A DNA stretch of 64,000 bases from the NCBI GenBank assembly GCA_041178545.1, contig JBEGVB010000052.1:37850-101849 (forward strand), written 5' to 3'. Shown here piece by piece: positions 35,871 to 46,239 of this stretch (its first letter is position 1; the number at the start of each line of letters is the position of its first letter). This stretch comes from Planctomycetota bacterium (GTDB lineage Bacteria; Planctomycetota; UBA1135; UBA2386). Below the pieces are notes generated by a model. That model was not told the origin of the DNA. It was given only the letters and a program-made list of their open reading frames with translations, and made no database searches. The translations under genes and the position numbers were made by a program.

Positions 35871-37345
35871 GGGGCAGGACGCAGGTCGTTGGGCACGAGG
35901 GAGAGTGGCACCACGGTGCCAGCCCGCGATCGCGGACCCTGCTGGCCGAGCAGGCCGTGCACGACGTCACCCGCACGGAGCACCGCGCCCACCCAAGGCT
36001 CCTTCGCGTCGAGCACCATGCCCGCCTGGAACAGCACGGGTGCGTCCCCTGCGCGCTCGTAGTACTCGGCGGCCTCGGGCTTCGGCGGGTCGAAGTCCAG
36101 CAGGGTGGCAGGAGTGCCGCGCACGGTCCCGGCAGCAGCCTCCAGCACCAAGAGGCACAGGTCCTCGCCACCGGGCGCAACCCACACACGGCCGGCGCGC
36201 AACACACGGCCGTCGCCGAGCAAGACCTTGGTCTGCTCCGAGCGGATGTCCGGCTCGCGGTCGAGGGCATCGCGTTCGGTGTACGAGGCGTCGGCCACGC
36301 TCCGCGTCGTGGCCACCACCGCGCGACCGCCGCGGTCGACGTACAGGATCCCATTGCCCTCGCAGAGCAGGTCGTCGTCTGGCGTCCAGAAGTCGTGCTC
36401 CACCGCAGAGTAGGAGATGCGCACGAGCTGGAGCGGGCTGCTGGTTGCCTGCGCGGCAGCTGGGACAGGTGCCAGGGCCGATTCGGGAACCGTCTCTGCA
36501 TCGAGGTCCGGGCGGGTTGCCGACGCAATGGCGCGGAAACCGTCTTCCACCGGCAAGCCACTGCCGGCAGGCGAGTGGTAATTCACGAACGGCGTGAGGA
36601 TCGCGGACACGTCTGCAAGCGAGAAGCCACTCAGCAGGGCGCCTGTCACCGTGGGGCGTGCGACCCAGAAGCGACTGCGCTCGGCCACCGTCGCGCGGTG
36701 GGAGCGCACCACCCGGAGTGTCGCGACGACGTGTGTCCCGTCCGCTGCGAGCGCGAGGGAACGCACCTCCCCGGTGCGGATGCCGCGGAACTGCACGGGC
36801 GAGCCCGGTTGCAGGCCATGGTTCTCCGGCAGGAGCAACTCCATCACGAGGTCACCGGGCTGCAGCGGGTCCATGGCCACGCTGCGTGCGAACTCGGGCG
36901 GCTGGTCGACGCCCGCCACCACGGCACCGGGCTCGAGCTGGGTGCCGCCAGGGGCTTCACCTGCAGGTGACAACATCGCCACGTAGGCGTCGCGCACCAG
37001 CGTGTCGAGGCCGCTGACCCCGGAGCCAAGACCCTCGAAGCGTGGGCTGACGATCCAGAACACGGTGTCGACGCGGGCCAGGTGCACGGCATCGTGCTGC
37101 AGCAGCAACCGTGTGGTGGCCCGGGTCCCGTCCGCACTGACGGCCACGGACAGCACGGTGCCCACGCGAACGCCACGGCAGCGCACGTCGGCACCACCGC
37201 GCAACCCGCGTGCGTCCGCGAACTCGACGGAGACCTGGAAGCCCTCGTTGGCAGGGGCGTCTCCCAGTCCGCGCCAGAGCCAGGCGCCGCCGAGGACGGC
37301 GGCGACCAGCATGAGGATCCCGTTCAGGTAGCGAAGGCCGTGCAT
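35867..37345 (-). CDS. MCE (MlaD/PqiB-like) protein with two MCE domains and an uncharacterised C-terminal extension of about 190 aa
   Basis: ATG 37345 (GGAGA Shine-Dalgarno 4 nt upstream; alternative GTG 37366). TM LNGILMLVAAVLGGAWLW. Two MCE modules (VEFADARGLRGGADVRCRGVRVGTV and LLLPENHGLQPGSPVQFRGIRTGEV). The stop overlaps the downstream ABC start. Confidence 0.75.
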   Translation of the reverse strand: MHGLRYLNGILMLVAAVLGGAWLWRGLGDAPANEGFQVSVEFADARGLRGGADVRCRGVRVGTVLSVAVSADGTRATTRLLLQHDAVHLARVDTVFWIVSPRFEGLGSGVSGLDTLVRDAYVAMLSPAGEAPGGTQLEPGAVVAGVDQPPEFARSVAMDPLQPGDLVMELLLPENHGLQPGSPVQFRGIRTGEVRSLALAADGTHVVATLRVVRSHRATVAERSRFWVARPTVTGALLSGFSLADVSAILTPFVNYHSPAGSGLPVEDGFRAIASATRPDLDAETVPESALAPVPAAAQATSSPLQLVRISYSAVEHDFWTPDDDLLCEGNGILYVDRGGRAVVATTRSVADASYTERDALDREPDIRSEQTKVLLGDGRVLRAGRVWVAPGGEDLCLLVLEAAAGTVRGTPATLLDFDPPKPEAAEYYERAGDAPVLFQAGMVLDAKEPWVGAVLRAGDVVHGLLGQQGPRSRAGTVVPLSLVPNDLRPAP

Positions 37346-37376
37346 GGACTCTCCATGCGCCCCCACCGCAGCGGAC

Positions 37377-40113
<2,737 letters not shown>

Positions 40114-40153
40114 GGCTGGGTTGATGCGTGTGCCGGAGTCGTGGACCGTGGGT

Positions 40154-41251
40154 TCACGAGCCGCTGATCGGCATCACGATGTAGGTGAACGTGTCGGCGA
40201 GCTTGAAGCGGGCAGGCGCCGAGTCGTCCGACATGTCGAGGCCGACGGCATCCAGGTCGGACACCCGCAGGGCCTCGAGGATGTAGTCGGGGTTGAAGTT
40301 GATGGCACCCCCGGGACCCTTGACGTCCACGTCGATCGACAGGTCGGCGCGACCGCGGCTGGAGCTCTCGGCCACGAGCCTGAGGGCCGAGTCCCCCACC
40401 TCGAAGCGGACCATCCGGATGTCGTCGGCACAGAGGATCGCTGCCTTGCGCAGGCTGCTCTCCAGCAGCGACCGTTGGATCGTGACCGTCGTGTCGCTGT
40501 GCTTCGGGATGACCCCTTCGTAGTCGGGGAAGCGCGTCTCCAGCAGCTGGCTGGTGAGCTTGACCTTGCCGAAGGCGAACTCGATCTGGTTCTCGCCCAC
40601 GGCGATCTGCACCGTTTCCTTGCCGCCGTCCGGGAGTGCGCGGGCCAGCGTCGTGAGTGCCCGGATCGGGATCACGACCTTGAACTGGGTCTTGCCTGCG
40701 TCGAGGTGCTGCGAACTGATGGACAGGCGCCTGCCGTCGGTCGCCACGAGCCGCAGGATGCCCGCAGAGAGGTCGAACAGGACGCCGTTGATGGCGTACC
40801 GGGTCTCCTCGCGCGCAGCCGCAAACGACGTTTCCTGGATCATCCGCAGCAAGCGGCCTGCGGGGATCTCCAGCTTGCTGCCGGAGGCGAACTTGCTGGG
40901 GTCAGGGAACTGTTCGGGATCCTCGCCCACCAGCGTGAACGAACCGCCGGCACTCTCGATGCGGCAGCGGTTGTCCTGGCTCTCCAGGGTCACGGTTGGG
41001 TCGGAGATCTCGCGCAGGAGTGCGGAGGTCTCGCGCGAGGGCAGGAGCAGTGCCCCGGGCTTGTTCACCTTCACCGAGTCGAGGTGGACCATCGCGGAGA
41101 TCTCGAGGTCCGTGGCGAACAAGGTGATGCCGGCCTGGTCGGCGCGGAGCAGGATGTTCTGGAGGACGGGCTTGGGGGTCTTGGAGGGCACCACCGAGCT
41201 GACGATGCCGACAGCTTCCTGGAGCTGGGTGCGGTCGCAGAGGATTTTCAT
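40154..41251 (-). CDS. dnaN: DNA polymerase III beta sliding clamp
   Basis: MKILCDRTQLQEAVGIVSSVVPSKTPKPVLQNILL..., three-domain length (365 aa), ending ...YIVMPISGS. Confidence 0.95.
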   Translation of the reverse strand: MKILCDRTQLQEAVGIVSSVVPSKTPKPVLQNILLRADQAGITLFATDLEISAMVHLDSVKVNKPGALLLPSRETSALLREISDPTVTLESQDNRCRIESAGGSFTLVGEDPEQFPDPSKFASGSKLEIPAGRLLRMIQETSFAAAREETRYAINGVLFDLSAGILRLVATDGRRLSISSQHLDAGKTQFKVVIPIRALTTLARALPDGGKETVQIAVGENQIEFAFGKVKLTSQLLETRFPDYEGVIPKHSDTTVTIQRSLLESSLRKAAILCADDIRMVRFEVGDSALRLVAESSSRGRADLSIDVDVKGPGGAINFNPDYILEALRVSDLDAVGLDMSDDSAPARFKLADTFTYIVMPISGS

Positions 41252-41653
41252 GACGGCGCGTGTTGGTCTGACCGGACGGGTGCGAGGCAGGATCGCGGTG
41301 GAGCCAGAAGGGAGAATTCTGTGGTCCTTGAGATGAGTTCCTCATCCCACATCCTCCTGCTGTCGCAAGAGTGGAAAGCGTAGCGGGCGAAACCTCGTGG
41401 ATCGACGCGGAAACCACCCCGCGCGCGCGTTTCGTGGCCTCTGCAAGTGCGTGGAAAAGCTGCGCAGAACTGCCCCCCTCAATGCACAAGTTCCACACCG
41501 GGAGGTTCCCGGTCGAACCGCGCTCCGCGTTCGTGCACGAAGCTTCCTGATGCGTCCCGAAGGAACCCGGAACTCGCCCCCGGGATCCACACGGGTCTTG
41601 TGACTCTGGACGCTTCCACGACTTGGGCCGCGCGGGAGGAGGAGGCAGGAACC
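41252..41653. other. Candidate oriC / divergent promoter region in the dnaA-dnaN interval
   Basis: 402 bp non-coding, and locally the least GC-rich stretch. DnaA-box cores GTGGAA (41371), GTGGAT (41397) and GTGGAA (41451) are followed by opposite-orientation TTCCAC (41491), ATCCAC (41585, GGATCCACA 7/9) and TTCCAC (41614). No perfect TTATCCACA is present. Confidence 0.4.
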
Positions 41654-42472
41654 ATGTCAAAAGAAGCAAGCGAGTCCGTGGAGAACCCTGTGCGCAAGCC
41701 GTCGGATCCAAGCACGGGTTGCGCTGCACCGGTGCAGACCACCACGGGAGCCGGAGCGCCTTCGCGCCCTTGGTTCCAGCGGCTTGCGGGGGACACACCG
41801 CCCGGCGCCCTCGTGGAGGTGCCACCGTGCTTCCAAGATCGTGTCCGGCAGGCACTGGGGCCACCGGTGCTGCGCGTTCCTGCCGACCCGCTGGACGGCT
41901 TCGGCTTGGTGGAGGTCTGCCCAGGGGTCCTGGAGCAGGACATGCTGTGCTGGGCAAGGCAGCTCATGGCATCGCTCGGTTACGAGACCCCGCCCGACCA
42001 GGTGGTGGAACTGGCCCAGATCGCCGTGGAGTACTCCCTCGAGACCGGCGTCGCCTTGGCACGCACCTGCCGCATGCTGGAGGGTGCGATGGCTGACATG
42101 GCTGGGGCGCAGGACGACCCATGGCCTCCGCCACGGCTGGGTCCCCGACCGAGGCCGCGCCGGACCGTTCACACCCACGACCGCACTGCGGCGGGAAGAA
42201 CCCGTCCAACCCGCATTCGACCCCACGCTCGGGGAGGCACGGCCTCCCCAGCACGTGGAGGAGCCGCCTCAGCGGCGGGTGCGGGCGACCAAGCGGCCAC
42301 CGAGTCCGTCGAGCATCTCCTTGAACATCCGGTCCGTCTGGGACCGCTCACGGATCTTGTTGACGGCGTAGAGGACCGTCGTGTGGTCGCGGTTGCCGAA
42401 CAGCCTGCCGATGTCCTCCAGCGACATGTCGGTATGGTCGCGCAGGAGGAACATGGCGATCTGGCGCGGTGA
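41654..42472 (+). CDS. Orphan hypothetical protein between dnaN and dnaA on the opposite strand; C-terminal end uncertain
   Basis: ATG 41654 preceded by GGAGGAGGAGG (9-nt spacer). The first 150 or so codons have high GC3 and a plausible helical sequence (QVVELAQIAVEYSLETGVALARTCRMLEGAMADMAG). After about 42115 the frame becomes R/P-rich and runs antisense through the dnaA 3' end to the stop at 42472. Confidence 0.45.
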   Translation: MSKEASESVENPVRKPSDPSTGCAAPVQTTTGAGAPSRPWFQRLAGDTPPGALVEVPPCFQDRVRQALGPPVLRVPADPLDGFGLVEVCPGVLEQDMLCWARQLMASLGYETPPDQVVELAQIAVEYSLETGVALARTCRMLEGAMADMAGAQDDPWPPPRLGPRPRPRRTVHTHDRTAAGRTRPTRIRPHARGGTASPARGGAASAAGAGDQAATESVEHLLEHPVRLGPLTDLVDGVEDRRVVAVAEQPADVLQRHVGMVAQEEHGDLAR

Positions 42473-43870
42473 GCTCACGGCCTGGGTGCGGCTCTTGCCG
42501 GTCAGGTCGCGCCCGCTGATGGCGAACTCGCTGGTGATGAGGGTCATCACGTCCTCGGCAGACACCTGCGTCTGGCGCGGCAGGGCGACACCGCGCAGCG
42601 CCTCCTCGGCGAGTTCCACGGTGACCGGGCGACCGGTGATGGTCGCGAGACCAAGCACCTTGATGACGGCACCCTCGAGCTCGCGGATGTTGTTGGTGAC
42701 ACGCTCGGCGATGAGTGCGGCCACGTCGTCACCGAACTCGGCGCCACGGCCCTTGGCCTTGCGGCGCACGATGGCGGCGCGCGTGTCGAAGCAGGGTGCC
42801 TCGATCTGGGCCACGAGGCCCCACTTGAAGCGCGACACCAGGCGTTCCTCGACCGTGGGGATCTCGACCGGCGGCCGGTCGGAGCTGATCACGATCTGCT
42901 TCTGCGCGTCGTAGAGCGCGTTGAACGTGTGGAAGAACTCGTCCTGCGTCTTCTCCTTGTTGGCGAGGAACTGGACGTCGTCGATCACCAGCACGTCGAC
43001 GCTGCGGTGGAACTCACGGAACTGGTCCAGGTTGCCGGACTGGATCGCCTGGATGAACGTGTTGGTGAAGTCCTCGCAGCTCATGTAGAGCACGCGGGCA
43101 TTCGGGTCGCGGCGCATCACCGTGTGGCAGATGGCCTGCATCAGGTGCGTCTTGCCGAGCCCCACGTTGCCGTGGAGGAACAGCGGGTTGTAGGCAAAGC
43201 CCGGGTTCTCGGAGATGGCGATCGCGGCAGCGTGGGCGAGGCGGTTGCAGGACCCCACGACGAACTTGTCGAACGTGTAGTTCGGGTTGAGGTGGGACGG
43301 CTGCAGCCGACGGCGCAACGACTGCTCGAGGGCACCGTTGTCGTGACTCCCGCCGCGGGCGGCGCTGGCCATGGCCGCGGCAACCGGCTCGCGTGGGCCG
43401 GGCTCACGGGGCGAGCTCGACTCCTTGGTGGTCGACTCCAGCGGCGGCAGGGCGACAAGGATCCTGGCGTCCGCGTTGTCTTCCTCGCGCAGGGTCAGGA
43501 CCACCTTGCGGCGCTCGCCGAGGGCGGCGGCGACGGCATCCTGCAGCTGGGCCGTGTAGTTCTTCTGGACCCAGTCGCGGACGAAGTTGGACGTGACGGA
43601 GAACTCGGCTTCTTGGGCCGAGACCCGCACCAAGGAGAGCGACCGGAACCACGTCTCGAACTGTTCCCGGCGGACCCGGTGGACAAGTTCGCGCAGGATC
43701 GTGGGAAAGGTTGCACTTCCGTTCCGAGTCGCTTGCTCGGGAACGCTGGACTCAACCATGGGGAGAGGGAGGTGTGTGGTACGACCAGAAGGAGGCGGTT
43801 GGGCCTCGATCTGGCGGGGGAGGGACGAGTGGTGAGACGATCTCGCATGCCGGTGTAGGCGCACCGACAT
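42269..43870 (-). CDS. dnaA: Chromosomal replication initiator protein DnaA
   Basis: AAA+ core GNVGLGKTHLMQAI, VLVIDDVQFL and the box VII/VIII region. C-terminal HTH QIAMFLLRDHTDMSLEDIGRLFGNRDHTTVLYAVNKI. ATG 43870 has AGGAG 3 nt upstream. An alternative ATG at 43759 would give MVESSVPEQ. Confidence 0.95.
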   Translation of the reverse strand: MSVRLHRHARSSHHSSLPRQIEAQPPPSGRTTHLPLPMVESSVPEQATRNGSATFPTILRELVHRVRREQFETWFRSLSLVRVSAQEAEFSVTSNFVRDWVQKNYTAQLQDAVAAALGERRKVVLTLREEDNADARILVALPPLESTTKESSSPREPGPREPVAAAMASAARGGSHDNGALEQSLRRRLQPSHLNPNYTFDKFVVGSCNRLAHAAAIAISENPGFAYNPLFLHGNVGLGKTHLMQAICHTVMRRDPNARVLYMSCEDFTNTFIQAIQSGNLDQFREFHRSVDVLVIDDVQFLANKEKTQDEFFHTFNALYDAQKQIVISSDRPPVEIPTVEERLVSRFKWGLVAQIEAPCFDTRAAIVRRKAKGRGAEFGDDVAALIAERVTNNIRELEGAVIKVLGLATITGRPVTVELAEEALRGVALPRQTQVSAEDVMTLITSEFAISGRDLTGKSRTQAVSSPRQIAMFLLRDHTDMSLEDIGRLFGNRDHTTVLYAVNKIRERSQTDRMFKEMLDGLGGRLVARTRR

Positions 43871-43900
43871 GCACTCCTGACCCCGTCCTCTTTACCTTGG

Positions 43901-43909
43901 TGTGGAGAA
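43901..43909. promoter_or_regulatory. DnaA-box-like 9-mer TGTGGAGAA (8/9 to TGTGGATAA) upstream of dnaA
   Basis: The best match to the E. coli-type DnaA box that I found in the window, 31 nt upstream of the 43870 start. Confidence 0.35.
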
Positions 43910-44003
43910 CGTGCAAGCGAGTATCCCCCAACTTTTCCGTGGCGGGGAAAACGCTGCACGGCGCGGTGCGAACGGCCCCTTGCGCGCAACTGGCAGACTT
44001 TTC

Positions 44004-45110
44004 CTAAGACTTCCGCTGCAGCTTCAGGACGGCCCTTCCGGTGGTGGTCCCGGCGTCCTCGGCCCCCACGATTTCGTGGCGTGCGGCAAAGCTGAACCGC
44101 ACGCACGCACGCGCCGCTTCTGCCTCCATTCCCATGGCCGTGAGCACCCGGGGAGGGGTCGGGCTGCCCGAGCTGCACGCGGACCCCTGGGATGCATGGA
44201 TGCCTGCAAGGTCCAGGGCCGGCAGCAGCGTGCGCCCGTCCACGCCCGGGAAGTGCACCATGAGGGTGTTGGGCAGGCTCGCAGCTGGCGTGAGCACGCG
44301 GTGGGCGACGCCCGTGCCCGCCAGAGCGGCGAGGAAGGCATCGCGCGCGGCCGCCATGGCCCGCGCCCGTACCGCCTGTTCTGCCACGGCGAGCTCGGTG
44401 CAGCGGGCTGCGCTGGCACAGAGGGCTGCACTCTGGGTGCCGGGCCGGAGCCCGTGCTCCTGGCCGCCGCCGAGCAGCAGGGGCCGGAGCCCTGCACCGC
44501 CGCCGCGGGCGAGCAGCACCCCGATGCCGCGCAGCCCGCCGCACTTGTGGGGCGACAGCGAGACGCTGTGCGCAACGGCCACCACCGGGGCGAGGTCGAC
44601 GCGCCCGAGGGTTTGGGCCGCATCGACGTGCAGTGGCACCCCGAGACCGGCGGCGAGCTCCGCGGCCGACGCCACGTCCTGGAGGGTCCCCACCTCGTTC
44701 TGCCCGTGCACGACCGCCACCAGTCCCACCGGTCCCGCTGGTGCAGCGACGATGGCCCTGCCGTCGGGCCCGACACCCCACAGCAGCGTGCCGCGCTGCT
44801 GGGCAGGGACCAGCACGCTCGGGTGCTCGAGTTCGGCACACAGGACCGGCAGCGAAGGGTCGCCGAGCCCGCGCACCGCGAGGTTGTTGGACTCGGTGCC
44901 GCCCGAGGTGAAGAACACGTCGTCGACCGCGCAGCGCAGTGCAGCGGCAATGCGCGCCCGCGCATCCTCCACGACGGCGCGGGCCCGCCTGCCCGGAGCG
45001 TGCAGTGACCCCGGGTTCGCCGGGCAGTCGCGTTCGACGGCCACGAAGCACTCCAGCACGCGTTCGTCGACGGGTGTGGTGGCGTTGTGGTCGAGGTGGT
45101 GGGTGCGCAT
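44004..45110 (-). CDS. Cysteine desulfurase (class V aminotransferase, NifS/IscS-like)
   Basis: HHLDHNATTP, FTSGGTESNN, SLSPHKCGG (PLP lysine) and the SQGSACSSG catalytic-Cys loop. Confidence 0.85.
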   Translation of the reverse strand: MRTHHLDHNATTPVDERVLECFVAVERDCPANPGSLHAPGRRARAVVEDARARIAAALRCAVDDVFFTSGGTESNNLAVRGLGDPSLPVLCAELEHPSVLVPAQQRGTLLWGVGPDGRAIVAAPAGPVGLVAVVHGQNEVGTLQDVASAAELAAGLGVPLHVDAAQTLGRVDLAPVVAVAHSVSLSPHKCGGLRGIGVLLARGGGAGLRPLLLGGGQEHGLRPGTQSAALCASAARCTELAVAEQAVRARAMAAARDAFLAALAGTGVAHRVLTPAASLPNTLMVHFPGVDGRTLLPALDLAGIHASQGSACSSGSPTPPRVLTAMGMEAEAARACVRFSFAARHEIVGAEDAGTTTGRAVLKLQRKS

Positions 45111-45127
45111 GTGCCTGCCCCGTGCCC

Positions 45128-46231
45128 TCAGCGAGCCAGCACCCGGTCGTAGAGCGCGACGTAGCGTGAGATCACCGGCTCGCGTGCGAAGTGCTCGACC
45201 GCACGCTGACGGCTCGCGGCGGCGTGGCGCGCATGCAACTCGGGGTCGCGCAGCAGTTTCAGCGCGGCGCCAGCCAACCGTTCTGGCTGTCCCGCCGGCA
45301 CGAGAGCACCGGTGTCACCCAGCACCTCGCGCACGCCGCCCACGTCGGTGCTCACGCACGGGACACCACAGGCCATGGCCTCCAGCATGCTGAGGCCAAA
45401 GCTCTCGGTCTCGCTGGCGGACAGGAACAGGTCTGCGTTCTCCAGCACCTCGCTGGTTCCGTCCCGCACCCCGAGCACCTCGATGTGCTCGGTGCAGCCG
45501 AGGTCGGATGCAACTGCCAGCGCGTGCTCGCGGTCCGGTCCGTCGCCCGCAAGGAGCAGGCGTGAGGGCACGGTGCGTCGCACGAGCGCGAAGGCGCGCA
45601 CCACGTCGGCCACCCGCTTCACGGGGCGGAAGTTGGAGGCGTGGACGAGGATGCGTTCGCTGTCCCGGCGCTGGTGCCACGCGGTGCCACGCGGACGGTA
45701 GTGGTCGGTGTCGACGAAGTTGGGGACCACCTCGATCGGGGTGGTCGATCCGAACACCCGTGCCGTCTCCTCGGCGAGGTGCGCACTCACCGCGGTGACG
45801 GCATTGGACTGCTCGATCGCGAACCGCGTCGGCCGCATGTACGCAGGGTCCGAACCCACCACCGTGATGTCGGTGCCGTGCAGGGTCGTGACGAAGCGCA
45901 TCTGCGGACAGCCCATGCTGCGCGCGAGGAATGCGCTCACGGCGTGCGGGATCGCGTAGTGCACGTGGAACAGGTCGATGCCGTGCTCCTCCTGCACCTC
46001 CAGCATGCGCGTGGCGAGTGCGAGGTCGTAGGGCGGGTAGCGGAACAGCGGGTATGCGCTCACGTGCACGCGGTGGAACGTGATGCCGCGGTCGTCGTGC
46101 CCGAGCCGGCCCGGCCGGTCGTAGCTGATCAGGTGCACCTCGTGCCCGCGTTGCGCGAGCGCGAGGGCCATCTCGGTGGCCACCACGCCACTGCCGCCGA
46201 CGGTTGGGTAACAGACGATGCCGATGCGCAT
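45128..46231 (-). CDS. bshA: GT4 glycosyltransferase, N-acetyl-alpha-D-glucosaminyl L-malate synthase BshA-like
   Basis: ATG 46231 within track ORF 45128..46783. MRIGIVCYPTVGGSGVVATEMALALAQRGHEVHLISYDRP closely follows the BshA N-terminal signature. C-terminal ESFGLSMLEAMACGVP is the GT4 motif. Confidence 0.7.
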   Translation of the reverse strand: MRIGIVCYPTVGGSGVVATEMALALAQRGHEVHLISYDRPGRLGHDDRGITFHRVHVSAYPLFRYPPYDLALATRMLEVQEEHGIDLFHVHYAIPHAVSAFLARSMGCPQMRFVTTLHGTDITVVGSDPAYMRPTRFAIEQSNAVTAVSAHLAEETARVFGSTTPIEVVPNFVDTDHYRPRGTAWHQRRDSERILVHASNFRPVKRVADVVRAFALVRRTVPSRLLLAGDGPDREHALAVASDLGCTEHIEVLGVRDGTSEVLENADLFLSASETESFGLSMLEAMACGVPCVSTDVGGVREVLGDTGALVPAGQPERLAGAALKLLRDPELHARHAAASRQRAVEHFAREPVISRYVALYDRVLAR

Positions 46232-46239
46232 GGGGTGCC

